NCBI GenBank assembly: GCA_000442015.1
Contig: KE561265.1
Span: 1-64,000 of the forward strand
Direction of reading: 5' to 3'
Origin: Rozella allomycis CSF55
Lineage: Eukaryota
DNA: 64,000 bases
The position numbers were made by a program, and so were the translations under genes. Shown here piece by piece: positions 1-15,357 of the stretch (position 1 is the stretch's first letter; every line of letters begins with the position of its first letter). The notes below the pieces were generated by a model. The model was not told the DNA's origin. It made no database searches and saw only the letters and a program-made list of their open reading frames with translations.

Positions 1-794
1 TAATAATCCTGTTTAAGTAACTTTTAGAATACGATCGTGAAGAGTGCTACAACGAAGCTAAATATGATACGGTTACATCGGATTTCTCACTTGGTGAGTT
101 ATCTGAATGGGTGTTTGAAAGTGTGGAGGAAATTGAGGAACTACCTCTGCTTTTGTCATCATATTTGACAATAGTAAAGAAATATCACACTTTTAGAAGT
201 GAAGATTCAAGGCACTCTATTATTCAAGTTTACCTCATTTGTGCCCTTGAATGTCTTGGTACATGCAAGATGAGACTAGATGAGAATTCGTCAATGTCTT
301 GCGTACTGCAGAAAGCTTATGAAGTGGTCCGATATCATGGATATGCTGACTTTGTGTTAGGTCATTCAATCTTTAACAAAAGGTTAGTTAATCACTCTAA
401 GGAGTAATTTAGATTTCCTGATGATGCAATGTTGACAATAGTGGAAGCAAAAAAGGAGAAGGACCAAAATGATGCTGTGGCACAACTTGTTGCCGAAATG
501 GCTACCTCTAGAAGCAATAGACTGCTCAAAGGAAAAAAAGGTGTGTCTTTTGGCATTCTTACTAATGGGGAAGACTGGCAATTCTACAAGCTAGATGAAC
601 AGAAGGAAATTTTTGAATCCAATTGTTTAACAGCCACTTTAGATCAAAGGTTCAACTTGAAGAAAGTTCAAGCAGTTCTCAGTGCAATTTTATATGTGCT
701 GAGAGAGGCAATGTCAACGACTTCATTAGACTTTGGAACTAGTCAAGAATTGGACATTGACGAAGAATTTGCCAGTATATCAATTAATGAATAA
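1..794 (+). CDS. PD-(D/E)XK restriction-endonuclease-fold protein (Crinkler/CR-REase-like), 5' partial
   Basis: ORFs 111-407 and 429-794 join in frame via a 30-nt GT-AG intron at 383-412. The motifs YHGYADF...IVEAKK...AVAQLVAEM...FGILTNGEDWQF fit the REase fold (D...ExK, Q-helix, GilTnG..W). Confidence 0.6.
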
Positions 795-1739
795 AATCCT
801 ATTGAAACTCGCACTCAAGAAAGTATATCAATAATATAGTCATTTCTAAAATCAATCAAGACAATGCTTTACTTTATCAACCTAACCACAAATCCTTTGT
901 GCACCTCAAGTAATTGATCGTAACAAACAAAAACATGAGCAGAAGTATTAGCTGCAGGAGCCCCAAAATGTGAATTAACCAAAACCAAATCNTGTTGTAC
1001 CATCACTCATTTGAATTTGTACCGTACTAAGACTGACATGGGGAATGCCATATCTGTAGCACTCGATTGATTGTCACTGGTTCGATGAACCATGAGAAGA
1101 AAATTCGCACTGCGACGCTTGGCATTGATAACAATTCATTGCGAGTAGTAGCCGAGCCGCGATCGGGAGTAAAAGATGCGTACACACAGACACTCACATG
1201 ATCACATCTGACACGACTGTGTAAATCCCATAAAGTGATGATAAAAAATGCTTACACACACACACTGACACCANGGATAAGAATTAGATCTCCTCAAAAT
1301 GATAAGGAAGCAGAATATTGTGCTAGTCATGCATCATATCCCAGAATTGTTACAAAGCTCAAAACCTCGCAACACGTTCAATAAACAAAGTTAATTCTTA
1401 AAAAAATCCAATTTGTAATAGTTGATCCATGTTAAGTTGAAGAATTTAATATAGTGTAAAAATTGTTTTTTTATTAGTTAGTTATGCGAATACTTATCCT
1501 TGATTGACACGACTGTCAAGATTGATTATTGATCTTCTTGTCTTCTGTCATTACATATGTTTCCATATATGATTCTAAATCTGGATCAATGATAAGTTCA
1601 TTTTCTTCCTTCAGTATGTTTATTGTTTTTGTTTTTTTGCCGAAATGACTAATACTCAATTCGTAAGTTGTCTTATTCAAGGCATATCTAAAGANAATCG
1701 TCAGTTTAAAAGATCTACAGTCACGTTGACATGGGACAA

Positions 1740-1797
1740 AATATAGATGATATAATAATTCATTCCAAGTCTTACGAAGAACATCTGAGGCATGTAA
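1740..1797 (+). mobile_element. Degenerate Ty3/gypsy-type reverse transcriptase fragment
   Basis: Translates NIDDIIIHSKSYEEHLRHV, matching the YxDDIII.SK..EEHL.H RT motif with Y mutated to N. It lies in a short N-bounded fragment with no long ORF. Confidence 0.6.
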
Positions 1798-2692
1798 TTA
1801 TGCATCAAGTTGTGACCGGATTTGACTTTGAAAAAANAAATCAAGTTACTTTGACAGGGTAATTTTCTAATTTCCTTTAAGACAGAAAATTCAAGCAAAT
1901 GGCTGTGAATGAGAATTCACTCTACCTTGTCCAAGAGAATTCAACAATGATTAAATGTATAGTGAATGNCTTTGACGAAACTTGTTGCATGTCTACGGAC
2001 TGAATTTTAAAGCATTAAAGAATAAATGCGCAAAAATGGGTCAAGTAGTCACCGGAAATTGGAAACATACATAACTGATGACCCCCTGGCCCTATCATTG
2101 ACCGAATTTTCTCCATTTTACATTTCTTTTTCTATGCATTTTGAAAATATAAACATTGAAGAGTTGATTAGTGCCTTTCTAACGTCAATTTTTTTATCGA
2201 TGCTTTAAGAGTCATTTAACAAAATGAATTAAATTGGAAAAGCACATTTTAAGAGAAATATAAAAAGAATGTCTATTGTGACGTTATTATTTTTGTGGAA
2301 ACTCCCGGATGCTGCTGGTTGATGTGGAGTATGCAGAAAAAGAGCCAATGCTTGCACTGATTCAAGAACATCAATATGTTTGTAGACCTTCAAGTTATAA
2401 GTATATTAGTATAATGTTTGACTATTGTTTCAACTTTTAATGTTGATAAAAAGATCAATATGCATAACTACACAAAATTAGTTCCATTTGCAATATCAGT
2501 GTCTCCTATATTAATGTAAACAAAAAACCAAACAACAGTTCACTGTTATGGTTAAAAGTCAAGCTTATATGACTGTTTTGTTAATTTTCTACATCGTGGA
2601 ATTATTAATGTAGAGACAAGACCTTGATTGGAATAAGAATAAATGACAACTACATAAATCAAATCAAAATAACAATTACAAAAGAAATCTTT

Positions 2693-4283
2693 TTATTCAA
2701 CTATATACACTGGCACCCCATAGCAAACGGGAGCCGCACCATTAAGAAACTTCAATTTACAGCTCCGCCTGGCCATCTGCACCGCCCTTCCAACGGACAC
2801 CCATTCTTCTTGTTTTTCATCACCCAGCCCCACCAAATGCATCAGATCCATCGTAAACTTGTCGATATCCTTGTCAGTAACATCCCACAGATTGCCGAGC
2901 ACACACGGCGACCCAGCCAACACCAGGGCCAGCAGCTGCCCGTGCGGACCGAATGTGCCGCTAAAAGCCAGTTTTGCACTACTGCATCCCATGAGCATGC
3001 AGAACGCTTTTACATTTACGTTGGCTAGTTTTCGGCCTTTTAGGTACTGTTCGGACGAGGAGTGGCCGAAATACATGAAGATATCGTTGTTGGAGAATGC
3101 AGAGATCATTTCGTCTTCGGATGGCTTGCGTTGGACGATGCCGGACCATTTTGAGAGGATTGATTCGAATTGCGTTTGGGTGTTGGGAATGTCGTCGCCT
3201 GGGTTTAGGAGATAGAATGTTTTTGATTTGGAAACATTGATGGGATCTTGTAGGAATGATAAACAAAAGTGGCGGTATATTCCAATGTTTGAGAGACAAT
3301 CCATAGATTCAAAGGGAATGGAGAAGAGTGAAGAGTCTAGAATTAATATTATGTCAGAATGTTTTAAAGCAAAGAATGGATTCTCTTTTTCACTGTTAAA
3401 GATTTGTATTAGAGTCTTGAGAGTGCTTGATTTTAGTTTAAACGTTGCTGCATCTTTGTAAAAGACAGACAATAGAGGCAGAACTGATGATTCGTCTATT
3501 TCTTTTAGAGACAAGATCCAATTTATTAAAATATTTGGAAAATTTTCAAACTCTGGCAATTGAATAATTTTCTTTTTAATATTTTCAACATTTGTAAAAG
3601 GAAAGATTGAATAAAATGAATTGAAGATTGAAGATTGTAAATTTTCTATTAAAGATTGAAGTAAATTGTCATTTTTAAATCTATTTTTCCACCAATCTTG
3701 TTTTGAATCAACTTTTGGGATTGAAGTTTCAGATTCTAGAATTAGATTATTAAGTTTTAATAAATTTGATGAAATAGATTTTGTGGAATAAGAAAAGATT
3801 AAATTTTCATTTAAGATTATAATAATGATTCTTTCTTCATCCTTGTCAAACAAAATGGTGTAAACAGGACAAGGGTAATCTAATGGCAAGGGTAAATCAT
3901 CTAAACTAGAATTTTTAAATTTTGATTGTCTGAGAATATTAATAGAATTTGAATAATTTAGAATTTTAATTAAGAATAATTTTTCATCTTGGTTGATTCC
4001 TTTTAATAAAGAATAATAACAAATAGTGAAAGCGAGAGATAAAAGAAATTCTCTTGATTCATAAAGAAAACAAGATTTGTAAACTTGAATCATTGAATTA
4101 ACTTCAGCTTTGAATTTAAATCTTGGATAAACACTAGATAAAACTAAAGTTATTAATAATTAAAGTTGATTACTTTGAGGTAATTCATTTAAAGCTTTCT
4201 TTAAATGTAATTTCCATTTTAATAAAAGATTTCTTGGATTTCTTTTTGTTTTTTCTTTTAATAGATTTAACCCTTGTTCAATT
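2693..4283 (-). CDS. ESP1: Separase (peptidase C50), C-terminal part, truncated at the N at 4284
   Basis: YLLNPGDD, FMYFGHSS, MLMGCSS, VLGNLWDVTDKDID and NGAAPVCYG motifs are present. The frame continues upstream of 4093 across a ~30-nt intron up to the N. Confidence 0.93.
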
Positions 4284-4284
4284 N

Positions 4285-7200
4285 AAAACACTCAAAAAAC
4301 ATATCAAGTATCATTTCCTCACCGGATATCTTTGTTTCAGCCGACGACAAGAAGGTAAGGTGGATGATGTATTTAGCAAAGGTGTCTGTCAATTCTTTGA
4401 ACGGTGATTCGCTATTGGAAATTACAGTTACTAATGTTCCTCGGGTTCTTAAAGTAATATTTTATAAAACATTTTTGCAAGTTCATCAATTGCAAAGGAA
4501 AAGAGGCAATTTTGTTTTCGTGTGTAGGAAGTGCTACATTTGTATACCTGGATTCTCTATTGACAAGTTCTTTTGAATTGTGCAAAGATGAGATAATTGA
4601 CGTGATTTATTTCAACGACTATGTTTATGGAATATCTATTCACGGTTACTTGTATCGCACTCACTGGCGTAATCATGCAAATAGGATGATTACAGAGGAT
4701 CCTAAAACTATCGACAAGGTACCGATTAGAAGAAAAGGTATTTCCGCGGCATTATTTTATGATGCAAAATTAATTGTTGGATTTGACGGGAAAATTGAAA
4801 TATTTGCAATAGAGGATCCAGAGGTAAATGAAATTTTGTTTTTAGATGGCAGGAAGCTATTGATGAAATTATTGATTCGCGAATCAGTCACATAAAGGAC
4901 TTATCAGTCAAGAAAGGAGTAGTTTGGGTTGTTACAAAATTGTAATAGTTGAATCATTTTGATATTATTGAAATGGACTTTTATCTTTCAAAATTAGACT
5001 GAAGAGATCTGATTATGTATTTAAAGATGATTACTTGGTAATTTTGTCCCTCTAGTCAGACAGGCTTTTTACAAAGAGTCGGACGAATTGATCTTTTATA
5101 AATTGAATGACAATATAGATTATCCTCTGATGACGTATAATGCCAAAGGGAACATAAGCTCGTTTGACGTTTCTAAATCATTGGTAATTTTTTTTCGTAA
5201 TATTAATGGATATCAATTTTATATGAAGATGGGCGAGTTTCCACTGTAGTGTTTAGTGATAAAGGTATACTAAAAGAAATTTGGACAGTGGTAAATGACG
5301 TAGAAAAACTGAAAAGGAATGCCCGGGGGCAATCAAAGTTTTGAATAATCAGACTGTAGTTTCAATTGTTTGTGAAGGCAATATCATTCTATATTCCGCC
5401 ATGAACGGTCAAAGTAATTCGCTAATTCTCTAAACAAAAGAAATTGGAATCATAAAGCACGAAAACGTTAAGCAGTTTAGACTTTTCTCGGAGTTTTTCA
5501 TTTCCATAGCCGGCAAGGACATTGAATATTATGCTCTGAATGGAAATTTACTCCATTCATACAAATGTGACGACAGCATAAATAATTTCTGTGTAAATTC
5601 AAACGGCTCGAGGATCTTATTTACTATTGCGGGAAATGAAAATATTTACATGTATAAACCGAGCAGAGTTATTCAACTATCAATAAAGTCTAAAGTAGAA
5701 AGCTGCTACTTTTTTGGTGAATTAATAGGTTTAAAGGAAAAGAATAATCTTGAAATTTATTCATGTGAAGAAGAAAATGTTGATCCTGCCACTAATGGAG
5801 AATGTTTTAAAGTTTGTCAAGTAAATTTGAAATCAAGTTCAAATTCCTTAATTGACATTTATAAAGGCGCAAAGATTGCTATTTTATGTGATAATAAAAT
5901 TGAATTTGAAGAGTTGATTTTGCCTGAAAAGAAGGTTGATCAAATAATTCCCTTGTTTTACTTAAATCGATGTCAAGAAATGATGAAAATGGGTGAAAAG
6001 ATGAAAGAAAGGAAGTTTTTTTCTAAACTAAATTCGATTGCTGAATATTTTTTGTTTCGATTTAGGATTCTACATGCTAAATACTTTTATGGACTTGCTG
6101 GCAACATGGCCAATGCCATGGCTTTAGAATTGTTGTTTAATCCGAATAAAGCGTATATTAGAGGTTTTATTTACTACTTGATGGCAGATTATTCTAGAGC
6201 GCAAGTAATAAATAGTAGTTGCTTAATACAAGGAATGGTTTTTAAAGTCTGATACACCAAAGCAAGCCCTTCAAATGAGAATTGAATTGAAGAACTGGGA
6301 ACAAGCCCTAGTATTAGCGCAGCGACTAGATGAAATTCAAATACCTAAAATATTAATCAACTATTCTCTTGAATTAGAACGTGAAGAGCAATTTACTGAC
6401 TCTTACAAAATGTGCCTAGAGGCTTTGTCAATACCCTCACTTGGCGATACTGATCGAATTGAAGCAACTAAATGTCTAATTAGATTGTCCTTTAGAATGG
6501 GGAATATCACTAAAGGAAACGAACTAATGAATACAGTGAATCCAGAAAAGTCTTTTGTTTTAGATTGTGCTGGTTTATTAAACCAAATTTGCCAATTTGG
6601 AGAGGCCGCCAAATATTTTGAATCAGCAAATGATCTTGAATCTGCAGCTGAATGCTATTTAAAAGGTTATATTTTTCTTATATCATAATTAGATAAGAAT
6701 TATTCTAAAGCGAAATCATTAATTCGTCATGTAAAATCAACAAAGGCTTTAATTGATTACGGAAAGGCTATGCTAGGTAAAATTAGTAAATTTTTCGGAA
6801 TAGATTGTGGAGATTTTGAGGAAGCGATAAAAGCCTTTGAAATAGTGAAAGATTATGACAAAGTGGTTAAAATAACTCTATTCAATCTAAATGATCCTGA
6901 AAGAGTATCTTTAAAAATTTTTAGTAATAAAGGCGAAAGAAATTGTCAGAAGAACAAAGTCAAAGAATGGCGCGAAAATGTTGGCAAACTACTTTTTTGA
7001 AAAATCAGATTTAAAGTCTGTCGTTGAATTTTATTTGACTGCTGGGTTAACAAGAGATGCATTTGAAATCGCCCAAACGCAAGGACTAGTTGTCTTTTAC
7101 GCTTCACTGATTGAAGATCCATCCATTGAAGAGCTAAATGATCTTGCTATATATTTTATGAATAAAAGAGACTATTACAATGCCGGAGTATTCTTTTTCA

Positions 7201-8403
7201 AGGCCAAAGACTATGTTAAATCGATTAAAGCATTTATTCAATGTGGAAATGATCCCAAAGCACTTGATATTGCAATTGAGGCTGTTGGATTGGCTAATAA
7301 CAATGATTTGGCGCATCAGTTGATTGATCATTTGATTAATCAGAGTGATGGATCACCCCATGTAAATTTTATTGATTACTTGAATTTAGGAAGCAAAGTA
7401 TATTTTCAGACTATATTCATGTTTGGGGCAGTACAAGGAGGCCATTAAAACAATCCAAGCTATTTCCATGGATGAGCAAGTGCAAGGTAATTAAATTTAT
7501 CAAGATATTTAATAGGAAACTATAAAATAGCGCATCAGCATCTAGTGGATTGTATATCCAACTTGAAAGATATGAAAATACCATTGGATTTTGAAAACTC
7601 ATTTATTCTTCTTCATTCATATCTTTTAATAAAAGTAAAAAATAGAATTGCTGAATAGAGAGTTTAACTAGAATTGATGAGCATGAATTGGCAGCAAGAA
7701 TGTTATTGAGAGTGTGTGGAGGGTTAACGAGCTTTCCATTTCGTAAGCTGAATGATATAAACTGAAAAGATTCTGGGGCTATTCTGACATCTACTGTGAT
7801 TCAGTGTTTAAAAGTGAATTTGAATAAATCTGCCTATGAAATTGCACTGATAGCCATGAGGGCAGAGAATAGAAATAGTATTGATTCAAAGTTTAAAAAG
7901 AGAATTGAAAGTCTTGTGAGGTAATTATTTGAACATTTAAAATAAAGACATCCAGATAAAGATGCTGTGGATGTAGAAGAAGAGATTTCCAGATGTATTA
8001 ATTGTGATAGTCTAGTTAAAATTACAAGTTTGGAGTGTATGTCCTGTAGAGAGAGAATGCCGATGTGTATTCTGAGTGTAATTGATTTGTGTGTTGTTGA
8101 TAGGGAACCCATGTAGATGGTAATTGTGGATTGTCTCTTTGTTGTTCACAGACTGTGAATATAAAATATGCTGAAAAGTATATTTCAGAGGGTCTTGGAT
8201 GTCCATTTTGCAGAAAGGAACTATTTGAATATCAAAGAGTCAATGTCAAGGAATATATAGCTGAGCGACAAAAGAGATTGAAGCCAATTGAAAATGGTTC
8301 ACTTGTGCCATATTTGCCCCACAAGGGATCATCAAGTGAAAGTTTTGAGATGAATTTATCAATTGACAGCGAAAGAAGAGCTCGCGTTAGTTTTGCACAA
8401 TAA
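4285..8403 (+). CDS. WDR19: Intraflagellar transport protein IFT144/WDR19, multi-exon, probably 5' partial
   Basis: The spliced C-terminus reads LLHSYLLIK...AARMLLRV...ILTSTVIQC...MRAENRNSIDSKFKKRIESLVRHPD, followed by Cys clusters. About 18 mini-introns traced. Confidence 0.88.
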
Positions 8404-8481
8404 AACCTTTTAAAGCCTATTAGTTTGAAATGAATTTACATGATCTTAAATTTACTGAAAAATCGTGATAAATTAATTTTA

Positions 8482-11928
<3,447 letters not shown>

Positions 11929-12217
11929 TTTTAACAAGGGTTTCCAAAAATTTATAAAAATACCTCGATTAGCTGCTCCAAATTTGAATGTGAAATAATA
12001 TATATTAATGATTTATAATGATTTAAAATTAAGTATTACGAATGAGATCTCGCGATAAAGGTAATACTACTAGTACTGCTTTGTTGAATTAAAATTTAAT
12101 TAAATAANGAATTAGAATTTAATTAAAAATAAATAATAATAGGCTTTCTGTTTTTAAGTTTTAAATGTACATTCAAGTAATCTCGTGTAAAACTTTTTTT
12201 CTCCCATTCGCCACTTC

Positions 12218-15190
12218 ATGGAATATTATCCGCCCGAAAAGATTAGAAATATCTGCATCTTGGCACACGTAGATCATGGAAAAACTACACTCTCTGATAG
12301 TCTTATAGCTACAAACGGTCTAATCTCTTCAAAAATGGCTGGAAAACTTAGATACCTTGATAGCAGACAAGATGAACAGGAAAAAGGTATTCTTATTATT
12401 AGCACATTATAATAGGTATCAAAATACAATTATATTTATAGGGATCACAATGAAAAGTAGCTCTATCGCTCTAAAATTTTCACTAATGTCGGCAGAGTCG
12501 AAGCAAGGTATATAAACTATGTGAATTTTAATGCAAGATTACATGGTACATGTAGTTGACTCTCCAGGACACATTGATTTCTATGGAGAAGTTTCCGCCG
12601 CGTCCAAACTTTGCGATGGATGTCTAGTTCTAATAGATGTCGTAGAAGGTGTGTGCACACAAGTAATAAAAATCATGTAATAAAATAGACAATATCAGTA
12701 CTACAGCAAGCTCTAAGAGACGATTTAGTGCCAGTTCTTGTCTTGAACAAAATTGATAGATTGATATTAGAATTGAAGCTCACTCCTATGGATGCATTTA
12801 CTAAACTCTGTCAGATTATTGAACAAGTTAATGCACTAACTTTTACATTCATCTCTCATAAGAATGTAAGATCTATCTGTTCTGTTTTCTAGGCGGCAAA
12901 GGAAATCGGAGTCGAAAATTTTGAATCAAGTGTGTACCACTTTTCACCTGCCAAAGGAAACGTTATTTTTGCGAGTGCTATAGATGGTTGGGCTTTTAGA
13001 ATAGAGCATTTTGCTAAATTCTACCATGAAAAGTTGGGCTTCAGCGAATCTGCTCTATGTAAAGCTCTGTGGGGTTACCACTATTTTGATGCAAAAAATA
13101 AGCGTGTTGTTTCCAGGAAGCAGGCTGATGAGATTGGGTTAACAAGACCATTATTCGTACAGTTTATTTTAGAAAATATTTGGCATGTTTATGACACAGT
13201 CATGAGTAGAGTGTAAAAATTGTTGAAAAATATGAAATAGAAACGTTGAAAAGATTGAAAAAATCATTGAAACCTTGAAAATTAAAGTAATTTGATTTCT
13301 TTACTTCGATAGGTTCCCTTAAGGGACTTTAGATCAAAAGAGCCTAAGGTTTTGCTTGAAACAATCTTCCAACAATGGATACCATTGTCCTCGTGTGTTC
13401 TATGTAATGTTTTAAACTTAACCAATAAAGTAACTGTGGTCAAAAAGATACCAAGCCCAAACGCCTTGCAAGAAACAAAGTTCGAAGGCGTTCCTGAATA
13501 CACGAAACAGATGATTAAATCATGCGATAAACAAGGATCGATAATCGCGTACGTTTCAAAGGTAGTATCAGTTCCACTCTCTAACATTCAACTAACCAAA
13601 CCACGTGATTTGTATAATCCAGAGATCTCAATTGCCATGTCGCGCATATTTAATGGAACTATAAGGGTTGGTGATTTTTTAAGCATAATAGATGCAAAGG
13701 GGGAAGTACAAGAATCTCAAATGGTGCATAGCTTGTTCATGTTTATGGGGAAAGATTTGAAGCAAGTTGAGATATTGCCGCCCGGTCATATTGGTGGAAT
13801 ATATTTTGAAAACAATAAAATATTCAAATCGGCAACGCTTACCAATGACAAAAGCGTTTGTTCTTTGGATTTTTCCAATAACCTGCCAAATCCGATTGTT
13901 AGAGTAGCTGTTGAACCAGAAAATCCCAGTATGTTTATGATATTTGAGTTAATAGGCGAATTAGATAAACTTGTTCAAGGGTTGAAACTTTTAAACCAAG
14001 CCGATTCAGTTGTAAATGTTCTAGTGCAAGAAACTGGTGAGCATGTCCTATTGACCGCTGGGGAGTTGCACTTGGAAAGATGCATTCGAGATTTGACAGA
14101 TACATTTGCCAAAATAAAAATTCAAGTTTCTCAGCCAATCATTCCCTACAGGGAAACAATTGTTTCAGAAAGAGGTAAAAATGATCAGATGAAAAAACAT
14201 AAGTGACTGATGAAATAATTGTAGTAAATGAAACGCCGAATCGACAAATTTTATTTAAAATTAGTGCGAAACCCCTTGAGAAGGAAATATCTGAATATCT
14301 ATACGCANACAAGGAAATATCTGAATATCTATATGCAAAAGAAAATGATGAAAAAAGTTCTGTAGACGACTTGAAAAAGAATATTGAAGGCAAAATAGGG
14401 TAGCTGTAATTTTTTCTTTAAATAGGAAACAAATTGTAGCGTTTGGGCCGAAAAAGATAGGAACAAATATATTGACTACTGAGCAGCCGATTGAAAAAGA
14501 TATCGAATCTTCTATAGTGAAAGGATTTCAGATGTGTTGTGAAAAGGGACCTTTGTGTGATGAACCAATGAATGGTGTATTATTTGTAATCCATGAAATA
14601 AATAGAAATGATGTATGCGAAGGTAAAATAATAAAAATGTGACCAAAAGAATCAACTAATTTTGGTCCAATAACAGGACAAATCATCTCCACATGCAGTA
14701 CAGCATTTAGACAAGCATTTCAGAAATGGTCCCCAAGATTGATGTTGGCAATGTACACTTGTGAAATACAAGCTACAAATGAAGTTTTGGGAAAAGTTTA
14801 TAATGTACTTTCGAAAAGAAGAGGACAAATATTAGGTGAGGAAATGAAGGAAGGTAGTTCATTCTATACTATAGAAGCAATGATTCCAATTGTGGAGAGT
14901 TTTGGGTTTGCGGATGAAATGAGGAAAAAGACTTCTGGAAATGCGCATCCACAATTATTGTTTAAAGGCTTTGAGATTCTAGACATAAATCCGTTTTGGA
15001 AGCCAAAGACGACAGAAGAATTGGAAGATTTGGGAGAGAAAGCAGATAAAGAAAACTTAGCTAAAAAATACATGGATCCGGTTCGAAAAAGAAAGGTAGG
15101 CGAAATTCTCAGTGATAAAAATAGGGACTTGCTGTCGAAGAGTTAGTTGTTACTCATGGCGAGAAACAATCCACACTCAAAAGCAAATAA
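12218..15190 (+). CDS. RIA1: Ribosome biogenesis GTPase Ria1/EFL1 (EF-2-like)
   Basis: [51 protein letters not shown] and [12 protein letters not shown] motifs. 12 introns traced; a short duplication at the N near 14308 is an assembly artefact. Confidence 0.93.
12387..12441 (+). other. Compound 55-nt intron made of two abutting GT-AG units (29+26 nt)
   Basis: ag|gtattcttattattagcacattataatag|gtatcaaaatacaattatatttatag|gg. Removal restores the conserved DEQEKGITMKSS. Confidence 0.8.
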
Positions 15191-15357
15191 AAATAAATAA
15201 ATTTTTACATTTTCTTAAAATTTAATCAATGTAGTACACCATTAAGTTGGTTAACTTGAGAATTTCTCTTTAAACTACTTCTACATTGAGACGTAGCTTT
15301 CCAGAGGGATAGAACACTAAAATTTATAAATGCCAATTATATTTAAGTTAAAATGAT

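Noticed and set aside
2624-3461. Multiple antisense and overlapping ORFs over separase (and similar ones elsewhere)
   Set aside because: These are shadow ORFs caused by local GC richness or skew on the opposite strand of real genes.
4274-4300. Separase and WDR19 apparently abutting head-to-head; unusually short separase
   Set aside because: Both run into the N at 4284, so sequence is missing or mis-joined.
6905-6932. GTATCTTT donor resembling a U12-type intron
   Set aside because: The intron is 28 nt with no TTCCTTAAC-like branch site and is consistent with an ordinary mini-intron.
13929-13955. Apparent 9-aa insertions in conserved domains in the ORF track (also 25826-25852 and 53399-53425)
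   Set aside because: These are in-frame, stop-free 27-nt GT-AG introns, not protein novelties.
14281-14337. KEISEYLYA repeat in RIA1
   Set aside because: The repeat flanks an N; assembly overlap.
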